Source: an uncultured Erysipelotrichaceae bacterium (GTDB lineage Bacteria; Bacillota_I; Bacilli_A; RFN20; CAG-826). From it: a DNA stretch of 64,000 nt. The notes beneath the pieces were generated by a model. That model searched no databases. It saw only the letters and a program-made list of their open reading frames with translations, and was not told where the DNA came from. The position numbers were made by a program, and so were the translations under genes. The stretch lies in contig CADCPN010000028.1 of assembly GCA_902803375.1 (NCBI GenBank), positions 684 through 64,683 of the forward strand, given 5' to 3'. Shown one piece after another: positions 1 through 8,921 of this stretch (its first letter is position 1; every line of letters starts with the position of its first letter).

Positions 1-1364
1 ATGGCTTGATCATCTTGGTCTTCTGCCGGCTTTACACCAGGCGCTATAAGCTTCACCAAGGCGTGGCGACCTCCCTTGTCGGCCAGTTCTATAGCGACGT
101 CACCCCGGGCGCTAGCGGGGGCCAGGTCATGCAGGTCTATACCATGAAAAGCCAAGGCGTCGTTGTCTCCAACGCAGCCTCCATCATGGTCATGTGGTTT
201 ATCCTTTACCAGACGGCCCTCATCATTTTCGATATCGCCGCCTATATCGTCGAAGCCCCGCAGATCATGAGCATCAAATCCATCGATATCCCGATGGGCG
301 ATACCACTCTTAACCTTCCGATGCTTCCGCTTATCATCGCCGGCTTCGCTTTGAACCTCTCTGCCATCATGCTCCTGTTCTTCATGAGCTATAGCCATAA
401 GGTCCATAACTTCATCCTCCGCTATGTCATCGGCTTCCTTGGCAAGATCCACATTGTCAAAAAACCGGATGAAGCGAGAGAGAACCTGCGCGTGCAGGTT
501 GAGAACTTCAAAATCGAACTTCGCCGCCTTCAGGCCAACATCCCGGTCGTTATTCTTCAGGTTACGCTGTTCCTGCTTTTGCTTTTCTGCCGTTTCTGCA
601 TCCCTTATTTCGCCGGCCTTGCCTTGAACGCTTGGACCGTTCCGGAAGCAGAGGGCATGAAGGCGTTCACCCCAACGTTCAACTTCGGAAAGATGCTTGA
701 TGCGGCCTTCCTCAGCGCCTTCCACCAGATGGTTACCGGCCTATTGCCGCTGCCGGGCTCCGCCGGCGTCTCCGAGCTCTTCTATTCCCTTTTGTTCCAG
801 ACCTATTTCTCCACTTATCCAGGACACGTCTATTCCACGCAGGTCAATTCCGCCGGTCTATCCGAATTGTCCAACCTCTCCGTCTGGCTTTCCTCCACCC
901 AGATCCTTTGGCGTACCATCACCTTCCATATACCGTTAGTCGTCTCCGGCTTCACCGCCGCGCTATACCGCAGCCGTCCGAAGGAGCCGATCCATTACGC
1001 AAACCGCCAGACCTTCGTCGCCTTGCAGCTTGAGACCATGGAAGCCCGTAAAGCCTCTGCCGATACGATGTATGAGACCCGCCAGATGAGCCGCAGAGCG
1101 CTTCAGCAGAAGCTCGCCCAGACCACGGATATCTTTAAGCACAAAGAGAAAGACGCCAAAAAGCCGCCGGTCTCTGAAAACCCCGCTTCCGGGAAGACGA
1201 CTCTTGATTTCAACGAATTTGATAACGAACCGATTATGCCTATCTCTCCTAGCAAGCCTGCTCCTAAGAGGGAGAAGCCTGTTAAGAAAGCGAAGCTGAA
1301 GATAAAAAAGAAGAGCAAGCCCGTCAAAGAAGACGACGATAGCTGGGAGAGCTGGGAAATATGA
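1..1364 (+). CDS. Flippase-like / LPG_synthase_TM-type (UPF0104) polytopic membrane protein, 5' end cut by window; Lys-rich hydrophilic tail
   Basis: ORF 6..1364 stays open to base 1. It has many hydrophobic helices and two family-typical motifs, TPGASGGQ and LPGSAGVSE. The last ~110 aa are K/P/E-rich. The stop overlaps the next start (ATGA at 1361-1364). Confidence 0.6.
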   Translation, partial: GLIILVFCRLYTRRYKLHQGVATSLVGQFYSDVTPGASGGQVMQVYTMKSQGVVVSNAASIMVMWFILYQTALIIFDIAAYIVEAPQIMSIKSIDIPMGDTTLNLPMLPLIIAGFALNLSAIMLLFFMSYSHKVHNFILRYVIGFLGKIHIVKKPDEARENLRVQVENFKIELRRLQANIPVVILQVTLFLLLLFCRFCIPYFAGLALNAWTVPEAEGMKAFTPTFNFGKMLDAAFLSAFHQMVTGLLPLPGSAGVSELFYSLLFQTYFSTYPGHVYSTQVNSAGLSELSNLSVWLSSTQILWRTITFHIPLVVSGFTAALYRSRPKEPIHYANRQTFVALQLETMEARKASADTMYETRQMSRRALQQKLAQTTDIFKHKEKDAKKPPVSENPASGKTTLDFNEFDNEPIMPISPSKPAPKREKPVKKAKLKIKKKSKPVKEDDDSWESWEI

Positions 1365-2536
1365 ACATCGCGCTATTCTCAGATACCTACCCGCCCGAGA
1401 TTAATGGCGTAGCCACCTCGACGTATAACCTTGCCAAGACCCTTAGGGACCACGGCAATAACGTTTTGGTTGTCACCACCAACAACACGAGCAAAAAGCT
1501 GTCCCTCGAGGATGGGGTTTTACGCATCCCCGGCATCAGCGTCAAAGCCCTTTATGGCTATAAGGCCTCCGGCCCCTATAACCACGAGGCCATGAAGATC
1601 ATCGCCGCCTTTCAGCCCGACGTCGTCCATTGCCAGACCGACGCCGGCATCGGTATCTTCGGCCAGTTCGTCTCCTCCAATCTCCATATCGGCAAGGTCT
1701 ACACCTACCATACGATGATTGAGGACTACGCCTACTATGTCACCAAAGGCCACTTCGACCGTTTTGCCCGCCATGCGGTCAGATGGTTCTTCCGTGGAAA
1801 ATCATCGATCTTCGATGAGTTCATCGCCCCTTCGGACAAGAGCAAGGATTATCTCCGTTCCATCGGCATCGACTCCACGATCTCCGTCGTTCCTACCGGC
1901 ATCGAGCTTTCGCGTTTTGACCCTAGTAACGAAGACAAGGAAGAGACCAAGGCCTTGAAGGCCAAATTTGGCATCGCCCCCGATGATTTCGTCATCCTCT
2001 CCCTTGGTCGTATCGCCAAAGAGAAGAGCATCGATGTCCTTATCCGCGGCTACAAGCTTTTCCTCGATAAGAAGCCTACCCGCCCAACGAAGCTAGTCAT
2101 CACGGGCTGGGGGCCTGCGGAAAAAGAACTGCAGAGCCTTGCCTCCAACCTGGGCATCGCCGACCACGTGATATTCACGGGCAAGTGCGCACCCAGCGAG
2201 ACGCAAAAGTATTATCATTTGGGCGACTGCTTCGCCAGCGCCTCCCTCTCGGAGACGCAGGGCCTTACCTTCATGGAGGGTATGGCCGCGAATTTGGTCG
2301 TCATCGCCCGTTACGACGATAACCTCGTCGGAACGATCAAAGATGGGGAGACCGGATATTTCTTCTTCAGCGAACAAGATTTCGCCGATAGGATAGAATC
2401 CGTGATATCCATGTCTGCCGCGGAAAAGAAACGAATCGTGGCAAACGGCTTGAAAGCCATTGATTTCTATTCGATGGAGCGTTTCTATCAGAATGTAATG
2501 CAAACCTATGAAAGAGTCTGGAAAAAGAACTGGTGA
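1361..2536 (+). CDS. Family 4 glycosyltransferase, diacylglycerol glycosyltransferase-like (membrane glycolipid synthase)
   Basis: The N-terminus MNIALFSDTYPPEINGVATS is typical of GT4. The C-terminal E..G....EGMA motif region (SETQGLTFMEGMAANL) is present. The gene is coupled to the upstream flippase-like gene. Confidence 0.8.
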   Translation: MNIALFSDTYPPEINGVATSTYNLAKTLRDHGNNVLVVTTNNTSKKLSLEDGVLRIPGISVKALYGYKASGPYNHEAMKIIAAFQPDVVHCQTDAGIGIFGQFVSSNLHIGKVYTYHTMIEDYAYYVTKGHFDRFARHAVRWFFRGKSSIFDEFIAPSDKSKDYLRSIGIDSTISVVPTGIELSRFDPSNEDKEETKALKAKFGIAPDDFVILSLGRIAKEKSIDVLIRGYKLFLDKKPTRPTKLVITGWGPAEKELQSLASNLGIADHVIFTGKCAPSETQKYYHLGDCFASASLSETQGLTFMEGMAANLVVIARYDDNLVGTIKDGETGYFFFSEQDFADRIESVISMSAAEKKRIVANGLKAIDFYSMERFYQNVMQTYERVWKKNW

Positions 2537-3323
2537 CGTCGTTAAGGCGATCAAGGTCAAGAAAAACGACGTGATCGTCTCTTTTGAGTCTGGAGAGAAG
2601 ATCATTCTCTCCGCAGACTCCTATACGGACTTCCGCCTATATGAAGGCAAGGAGCTATCTGCCTCCGATATCAAAGACATCCAATCTTATAGCAAGTCGG
2701 ATATCTATTACAAAGCAGCTTTGCGAATGCTCTCTAGGGATAATTATTCCACTCATGACGTGAGGGAGAAGCTAATGGCCAAAGGCGCGGACTTCAAAAC
2801 CGCCTCCGAGATCACCCTCCGCCTGACCAAGCAAGGATTGCTCGATGATAGCCGATTCGCGAAGACCTATGCTGAAGACGTCGCCGAATTCCGCTTATAT
2901 GGCAAGAACAAAGTCCTCTTCAAGCTCCGCTCCGCCGGCATTCCCGATAAGATCCTCGCCGAACTGGAATTCCCTGAGGAGAATGAGCTAAGCAAAGCGA
3001 TTCGCTTCGCCAAGACGCTCGACATCAAATACAAGACCCAGCCTGACAGCAAGAAGTTTGCCAAGGCCATCATCTCTCTCCGCGACAGGGGCTTCACCCC
3101 AGAGATCGCGGAAAAAGCCGTTGAGGCATCCCTTAGCCATAATGACCATGAGACTGAGCTGAAGAGGCTCAACAAAGACTATTTAGCCATCGCCGCCAAA
3201 TTCGGTCGCAAGTACGAAGGCTATGAACTATCCCGCCGCATCTTTGCGGCCTTATCCCGCAAGGGCTATTCCTATGAAGACATCAAAAGCGTCGTGGAGG
3301 TAAATGCAAATGACGATTTCTGA
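2508..3323 (+). CDS. recX: RecX family regulatory protein
   Basis: Repeated three-helix RecX motifs are visible (YSTHDVREKLMAKGA..., GLLDDSRFAKTYAE, GKNKVLFKLRSAGI, LRDRGFTPEIAEKAV, LSRKGYSYEDI). The only ATG gives a 29-nt overlap with the GT4 gene and has no clear SD. Confidence 0.75.
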   Translation: MKESGKRTGDVVKAIKVKKNDVIVSFESGEKIILSADSYTDFRLYEGKELSASDIKDIQSYSKSDIYYKAALRMLSRDNYSTHDVREKLMAKGADFKTASEITLRLTKQGLLDDSRFAKTYAEDVAEFRLYGKNKVLFKLRSAGIPDKILAELEFPEENELSKAIRFAKTLDIKYKTQPDSKKFAKAIISLRDRGFTPEIAEKAVEASLSHNDHETELKRLNKDYLAIAAKFGRKYEGYELSRRIFAALSRKGYSYEDIKSVVEVNANDDF

Positions 3324-4359
3324 AATTAAAGACGGCGAAAGCGTCCACGGCCAGTTCCTGGTCAGCGACTGCAAGAAGGGTGTCACCGCCAAAGGCGGAG
3401 CCTATTTGACCATCGTGCTCCAGGATTATTCCGGAACCATCGAAGGCAAGAAGTGGACCCTTGGCCCCGACGACATGGAGATCTTCGCCAAAGGCACCAT
3501 CGTCCAGGTTGGCGGCGTCGCTAACCTATATCGCGATGTCATGCAGCTGAAGATCGAATCCGGCGAGCCCGTGGCGATGGATAATATCGAATGGGCCAGA
3601 TTCGTCCAGCATGCTCCTGTGGGTAAGGAAGTCCTTAAGAAGAAGCTGGCTATGTATGTGAATTCATTCTCTGACCCCGACGTCAAAGCCCTTGTCGTCG
3701 GCATGCTTAAGAGATATGAGGATAAGTACTTCGATTGGCCTGCCGCCGCGAAGAACCACCACGACTACGTCTCTGGCTTGCTCTACCATTCCCTTACGAT
3801 GGCCGACCTTGCCTCTAAGGTCTGCCAGGTCTATCCGGCCCTTAACCGCGATATCGTTATCGGCGGAACCCTCATCCACGATATCGGCAAGTGCGTTGAG
3901 CTCTCTGGCCCGAATGCCACCACCTATACCATCGAAGGCAAACTCCTTGGCCATATCTCTATTGGCCAGGCCGAGCTCCGCGATGTTGCCAAGGATCTAG
4001 GCATGTACGACTTCGATGCTCTTCCCGAAGAGCAGAAAAGCCCGACTCACCCCTTGTGGCATAAGAAGGAAATTGCCATCGTCTTTGAGCACATCATCCT
4101 TAGCCACCATGGCATCCCCGAGTATGGCTCTGCCGTCCGCCCGCTCACCCGCGAGGCGCAGGCTGTCTCTATGATCGACGACATGGATGCGAAGATGATG
4201 ATTCTTGAGAAGGCGTATGCCGGCGTCGAATGCGGCGGCTTCACCTCCAAGCTCTTCACGATGGACGACCGTTATTTCTATAAGCCGTTCTATACCAAAG
4301 ACGCCACCCGTCCTAGCGGAACCTCTTTGGAAGAAGAAAAGGCTGACCTAGAGAAGTAG
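3310..4359 (+). CDS. yhaM: 3'-5' exoribonuclease YhaM (OB-fold + HD domain)
   Basis: An N-terminal OB fold (GESVHGQFLV...KGGAYLTIVLQD) is followed by an HD domain (HHDYVSGLLYHSL, LIHDIGK, ILSHHG). GGAGG at 3296-3300 favours the ATG at 3310 over 3304. Confidence 0.8.
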   Translation: MTISEIKDGESVHGQFLVSDCKKGVTAKGGAYLTIVLQDYSGTIEGKKWTLGPDDMEIFAKGTIVQVGGVANLYRDVMQLKIESGEPVAMDNIEWARFVQHAPVGKEVLKKKLAMYVNSFSDPDVKALVVGMLKRYEDKYFDWPAAAKNHHDYVSGLLYHSLTMADLASKVCQVYPALNRDIVIGGTLIHDIGKCVELSGPNATTYTIEGKLLGHISIGQAELRDVAKDLGMYDFDALPEEQKSPTHPLWHKKEIAIVFEHIILSHHGIPEYGSAVRPLTREAQAVSMIDDMDAKMMILEKAYAGVECGGFTSKLFTMDDRYFYKPFYTKDATRPSGTSLEEEKADLEK

Positions 4360-4390
4360 CTAAAAGCGACTATCGTTTTAAAGGGTAAAG

Positions 4391-4428
4391 GAAAATCGAG
4401 CTTCAAACGGAGCTCGATTTTCTCTTTT
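4391..4428. terminator. Bidirectional rho-independent terminator between convergent yhaM and HIT genes
   Basis: A perfect 12-bp stem, gaaaatcgagct (4391-4402) / agctcgattttc (4411-4422), is A-rich 5' and T-rich 3'. Confidence 0.75.
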
Positions 4429-4433
4429 CCTAT

Positions 4434-4850
4434 TTAGAATTCCTCTTTGATGGAGGTTGCGATGCGGAGCAAGTCCCAACCTTTGGTGTTGTTGCTCTTC
4501 ATCGTAATCTGGAATCCACCGGTCTCGTGGGCGTAGCGCGGGATGACGTGGACGTGGAAATGCTTCACGCTCTGCCCGGCGGCTTCGCCGACGTTGGAAA
4601 GGATATTCACGCCTTCGGCACCGAATGCCCTCATTTGGGCCTGGCCAATCTTTTGAGCGACGTCATAGACGCGGTGCATAAGTTCGACGGGGCAATGCAG
4701 CATATCGCTGTAATGGGCCTTCGGCATGACGAGGGTGTGGCCCCTGGTGGTCTGGCTGATGTCTAGGATCGCGAGGACATCCTCGTCCTCATAGACTTTG
4801 GTGCACGGGATCTCCCCGTTGATGATCATGCAAAAAACGTCGTCTTCCAT
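4434..4850 (-). CDS. HIT family (histidine triad) nucleotide hydrolase
   Basis: Carries the HFHVHVIPR histidine triad. The start at M20 of the ORF (ATG 4850) is preceded by AAGGAGAG. Confidence 0.85.
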   Translation of the reverse strand: MEDDVFCMIINGEIPCTKVYEDEDVLAILDISQTTRGHTLVMPKAHYSDMLHCPVELMHRVYDVAQKIGQAQMRAFGAEGVNILSNVGEAAGQSVKHFHVHVIPRYAHETGGFQITMKSNNTKGWDLLRIATSIKEEF

Positions 4851-4922
4851 AGTTCTTCTCTCCTTATATATAAAACAAAGGGACAAGCGAATTGCTTGCC
4901 CCTTCATTATAGACTGTTTTTA

Positions 4923-6587
4923 TTAGTCGAAGAGATCAGGGAAGGTGGACTTGAAGTAGTCGTAGACTTTCTGATCGTTGTAGGAGATTGCCATTTCCTT
5001 AACGTAGTTCTGCCTTGCGGCGGACTTGTAGGAATCGGTGTCGCCGAGAAGGTCGGCGACCGTCCAGGAGATCTCATCGCGCTTGGCTTCGTCGTAACGG
5101 AAGGCGGAGGAGTCTTCGTCATCGCTGAGCTTGGAAGCCTTAACGGCTTCGTCAACGCGGCAAATGTACCAAGTGGAGGAATCCTTATCGTAGATGCAAT
5201 ACGGATATTCTTCCGTCTTCTCTAGGGTCTCAGGAACCATGTAGTAGGAACCCTGGACGTTCCAAACGAAGGAGCCTTTTCTCGCTTCTTTGGTGAGGGA
5301 ATCGACTTCGTTGGCAACAGAGATCTTAAAGAGGCGGGTCTTCACATCGCTCTGTAGTCCAGAGAGACCGGAACTGGTGTACCAGCCTTCGGTGACCTTG
5401 GAGGCGGCGACGGCTTCACGTCTTTTGATTTCTAGACCGATTTCCTTGGTGTAGGCACCAGAGTTGGTGAAGTCGGTGGAGGAGCCGGTGATGTTGCGGT
5501 TGTCGGAGAGGTCGAGGTAATCCTTGACGACTGCGCCGTAGGTGGATTCGACATAGTAGTCGTCGGTGCTGTCATTGTCGTTTTCACCGAGGACGGGGAC
5601 GACTTTGGTATTGGCGGAATCGATGGCGTTAGCGACGGTGACGGTGGTCCAGCCAGCGGCGGTGTAGATGGTCTTGGCGAGAGCCTTTAGTTCAGCGGTA
5701 GCGGCGGTCTGGATCGCAGTGCCCTGATAAAGCTTATCAAGGAAGTGCAAGTTCTTGGCCTCTTCTGGAGCGGAGGCATTTTCGAGAACCTCCTTGGCGT
5801 AACTTCTGACGAGGTTCTGGGTGGCCATGGCCTTGCCGGAGATATCCGGGAGTGCGATGTATTGAACCTTACGAGCATAGGAACGTCCGAGAACACCTTT
5901 GTTGGTGTCGAGGAGGTATCTCTTGACGAGGGCTTTGCGGTAGATGCCCGGGAGGACGGAACGGTTAACGTAGTCCGCATAGGTATCCATGTAGCCTTCG
6001 GCGAAATATTCGCCGACGTTTTCGAAAGTCGCGGAACCATCAATCTTGGTTTCTCTGTTGACCGGCTTGGGGCCGAGTTCATAGAGGTTCTTGACCTGGG
6101 CATCATAGAACTTGTCCTCTTCGAAGACGTTGTACTTCTGATAGGAGGAGTTCTTAACGGCGGCCCAGAATTCCTTCTGGACTAGTTCTTTGATGTGCTT
6201 GGCAAACTCAACGGCTTCGGTCTTATCCTTAAAAGCCTTGGTGCTCTGCTGCTTGAAGTAAGCCTCCTGCTTGCTTTCATCAGTGGCGGCTTCGTAGATG
6301 CCGATTTTGCCATCTTTGCTGTAGAAATCGCCGAATAGGCCCTGAGCATACTTTAGAAGGATGGTATTGAGGACTTTCTCGGAGTTGCTGTCGCCACTCT
6401 TAACGAGGGCTTCATAGATTTCTTTGAGGTTGTTGTTATAGATGGAGGAATCGTCGCCGAAGTTGAGGATCGGGGCGGTTTCAGCGCTGCCGGTTAGGCC
6501 AGCTTCGACGTCGTTGCAGCCAACGAGGCCGAGGGAGGTGACGCTGAGAACGAGCAATAGGCTCTTTTTAAGTTTATTTGCCATCAT
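4923..6587 (-). CDS. Large lipoprotein, function unknown
   Basis: Signal peptide plus lipobox: MMANKLKKSLLLVLSVTSLGLVGC. GGAGGAG lies upstream of the ATG at 6587. The start overlaps the stop of the upstream lipoprotein gene by 14 nt. Confidence 0.7.
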   Translation of the reverse strand: MMANKLKKSLLLVLSVTSLGLVGCNDVEAGLTGSAETAPILNFGDDSSIYNNNLKEIYEALVKSGDSNSEKVLNTILLKYAQGLFGDFYSKDGKIGIYEAATDESKQEAYFKQQSTKAFKDKTEAVEFAKHIKELVQKEFWAAVKNSSYQKYNVFEEDKFYDAQVKNLYELGPKPVNRETKIDGSATFENVGEYFAEGYMDTYADYVNRSVLPGIYRKALVKRYLLDTNKGVLGRSYARKVQYIALPDISGKAMATQNLVRSYAKEVLENASAPEEAKNLHFLDKLYQGTAIQTAATAELKALAKTIYTAAGWTTVTVANAIDSANTKVVPVLGENDNDSTDDYYVESTYGAVVKDYLDLSDNRNITGSSTDFTNSGAYTKEIGLEIKRREAVAASKVTEGWYTSSGLSGLQSDVKTRLFKISVANEVDSLTKEARKGSFVWNVQGSYYMVPETLEKTEEYPYCIYDKDSSTWYICRVDEAVKASKLSDDEDSSAFRYDEAKRDEISWTVADLLGDTDSYKSAARQNYVKEMAISYNDQKVYDYFKSTFPDLFD

Positions 6588-8667
6588 AGCAAGCTCCTCC
6601 TTTTGCCCAAACGCCCTTGCCATCCTTGGCATTGGCGCTGCCATATCCGATAGCGCAAACTTCGGAGATGAGCTTCTGGGTGCCGTCTTCTTTGATCTGA
6701 CGGTCTTCGTCTTCTTTCATTAGGTAATCCGCGTAAGCGGTCCAGGAATCATCGAAAGTGTTCTTTGCGGTGACGGCGGCATCCTCGCGCGTAGTCTTAA
6801 TATAGGTCTCAACCTTATTCTCGATGGCTTTGGCCATGGCGGAATCGCCGAAGGTGACGGTACCGGCGGTCATAAGTTCCTCGAACATATAGGTGTCCAT
6901 GTGGGAGTCGTAGCCCTTAACTTTGGACTTAACGGCATCGGCATTGGACTTATAAGCGGAGTCGGTGGTGGTTAGCTTATTGACGTAGGTGGTCTTGGCT
7001 TCGACTTTGCCATCGGCCTCGTAGGATGGATAGTATACGGATTCATCGGCGGAAGCGATGGTGCTCGGAGTCTTATCCGGGGTGATCATGGTGTAGTACT
7101 CAGACAAGGAAGTAACATCGTTGGAGTTCTTCTTGGAATCGTACTCAGTGGCGCTGATGGCGCTCATACCGCCGGTGGCGGAATTGTAGGAAGCGTATTC
7201 CACGAGGGCAGAACGGTCGACAACGATGAAGTGGATACCCTGATAAGAAGAAGTACCGGCACGGACGGCTAGGACGACTTGGCCTTTTTCGTTGGTGAGG
7301 ACTTTCTGGTTAACGACATTGCCTTTTTCATCATGAAGAGCGATCTCGGTGAAGCCCTGTAAGGCAGCGTATGCGGCGTTGGCTTTGCCAGCGGTCTTGA
7401 CCTTCTTCGAGACGGCATCCCACTCAGCAGCATAGGCCTCGCTATAGTCGGCGGCTTCGGTGCTGAAACCGGTGGCAGCTTTGCCAGCGAGGTAATCGTT
7501 GAACGGGATATCGTTCGGGGTGATGACGGAGATGGTATGGGTGTTCAAATACTTGTTGAACAAGACGTTACGCGGATAGAAGTGCTCGTTTCCGTCGTTA
7601 ACGGTGTAACCAAGGTCCGGGGACTTTGCGACTGCGGAGTTGCCTAGAGCAACAAAAGCGCCATACGGCATGGTGCCGATTCCACGCTTGGAGAAGAATT
7701 CTTCAGCGTCGGTTCCATCGATGGTCTTGGCTTCGTCGCTTGGAAGGAGATTTGCCTTCTTCTCAGCGGAGAGATTCTCACCAGCGTTATAGAGGGCGTC
7801 ATATGCATAAACGCCGAGCTTGAATTCCTGAACGAAGGAAGTGTCTTTGTCCATGATTCCAAGGTCGCCGTACTTCTTGGAAGATTCGGTATCTTCCGAG
7901 AGGTTAAGGGCGATGGTGCCAAAGCGCTGGCGCTCGGCAACATTGGTGTCACCGGCTTCGTCGGTCTTAGCGCCGGCGAGCTCCTTAACAACTTCGGAGA
8001 GCTTCTTGGCCTCGGATTCGGAGATGGTATCTTCGGTGTGCTCGTTGTTGGAAGCACTGGAGAGTTTCACCAAGATATGGGAAACGTGATATGGCATCTT
8101 CTCATCAAGATAGCCCTTGGAGACAGAGCCATACTTCTTAACAAGTTCGGCGGTGTCCAAAGCTTCCCACTTCTTGCCATCGCGGATTCCGTTGAGGTTC
8201 TTCTGGCTGTAATAGGCTTCTTCGTAAGCGCTCTTTTCCTGAACATAGAGCTTCTTCTCGAAGAGTTCGTCAACATTCACGCAGCCTTCGGCGGAAAGGA
8301 GATTCTCCCATTCCTTCTCGTAGCTGGTCTTGTTATTGTCGGCATTCGTCTTAGCCTGGGACTTGACGCTAACAACATCGTTATTAGCCTTTTTCTTCAA
8401 TTCATCCAACTGGCTCTTGCCTTCACCCTTTTCGTAATAGTGACGGATCAAAGCTTCCTGGACGGTAGAAAAAGCGGTGCTTGCGGAGCCGGAGGTCGGG
8501 ATGTATTCACCAAAGAGATCTTCGGCGGTGAACTTGACGACCTGGCCAGCATTATCGGTGTAGCTGAGCACCACGCCCTCGCTATAAGTAACTTCGTTGC
8601 AAGCGGCGAGTCCGCTTAGAGCAACCAAAGAACTGGCGATACCGAGGGTGAGTTTTCTTTTATTCAT
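6574..8667 (-). CDS. Large lipoprotein with embedded parvulin-type PPIase region (PrsA-like foldase)
   Basis: Lipobox MNKRKLTLGIASSLVALSGLAAC. Parvulin-like signatures are PYHVSHILVKL and LSEDTESSKKYGDLGIMDKDTSFVQEFKLG. AAGGAGGAA lies upstream of the ATG at 8667. Confidence 0.7.
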   Translation of the reverse strand: MNKRKLTLGIASSLVALSGLAACNEVTYSEGVVLSYTDNAGQVVKFTAEDLFGEYIPTSGSASTAFSTVQEALIRHYYEKGEGKSQLDELKKKANNDVVSVKSQAKTNADNNKTSYEKEWENLLSAEGCVNVDELFEKKLYVQEKSAYEEAYYSQKNLNGIRDGKKWEALDTAELVKKYGSVSKGYLDEKMPYHVSHILVKLSSASNNEHTEDTISESEAKKLSEVVKELAGAKTDEAGDTNVAERQRFGTIALNLSEDTESSKKYGDLGIMDKDTSFVQEFKLGVYAYDALYNAGENLSAEKKANLLPSDEAKTIDGTDAEEFFSKRGIGTMPYGAFVALGNSAVAKSPDLGYTVNDGNEHFYPRNVLFNKYLNTHTISVITPNDIPFNDYLAGKAATGFSTEAADYSEAYAAEWDAVSKKVKTAGKANAAYAALQGFTEIALHDEKGNVVNQKVLTNEKGQVVLAVRAGTSSYQGIHFIVVDRSALVEYASYNSATGGMSAISATEYDSKKNSNDVTSLSEYYTMITPDKTPSTIASADESVYYPSYEADGKVEAKTTYVNKLTTTDSAYKSNADAVKSKVKGYDSHMDTYMFEELMTAGTVTFGDSAMAKAIENKVETYIKTTREDAAVTAKNTFDDSWTAYADYLMKEDEDRQIKEDGTQKLISEVCAIGYGSANAKDGKGVWAKGGACYDGK

Positions 8668-8708
8668 AACTAAACTCGTTCCTCCTTCGTCTTGAACGTA
8701 GCGTGAAA

Positions 8709-8743
8709 AGTATATGCTTTCAACATTATTGTTACAACAATAA
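8709..8743 (-). promoter_or_regulatory. Candidate sigma-A promoter of the lipoprotein operon (TTGTAA-17-TATACT) overlapped by an 8+2+8 palindrome
   Basis: The minus strand reads ttattgTTGTAAcaataatgttgaaagcaTATACT. The palindrome TTATTGTT-AC-AACAATAA lies at 8726-8743. Confidence 0.45.
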
Positions 8744-8862
8744 AGTAGTTGACCAAAACAAAGGGATGGTCTTGCCTTTTTAACTTTTCTCTCCCAAAAC
8801 GGGCAAAACCTTGCCAAAGATAATATCTTTGTGGGCAAAAATAGGTCGATGGTACACTTTTG

Positions 8863-8891
8863 TTGTTTATGCGGCTTTCCACCGCTAGAAT
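8863..8891 (+). promoter_or_regulatory. Candidate suf operon promoter (TTGTTT-17-TAGAAT)
   Basis: ttgttt at 8863-8868 and tagaat at 8886-8891, about 30 nt before the sufC ATG and its AAAGGAGG SD. Confidence 0.4.
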
Positions 8892-8921
8892 AGTACCGCT
8901 CTAAAGGAGGCTATATTCGCT

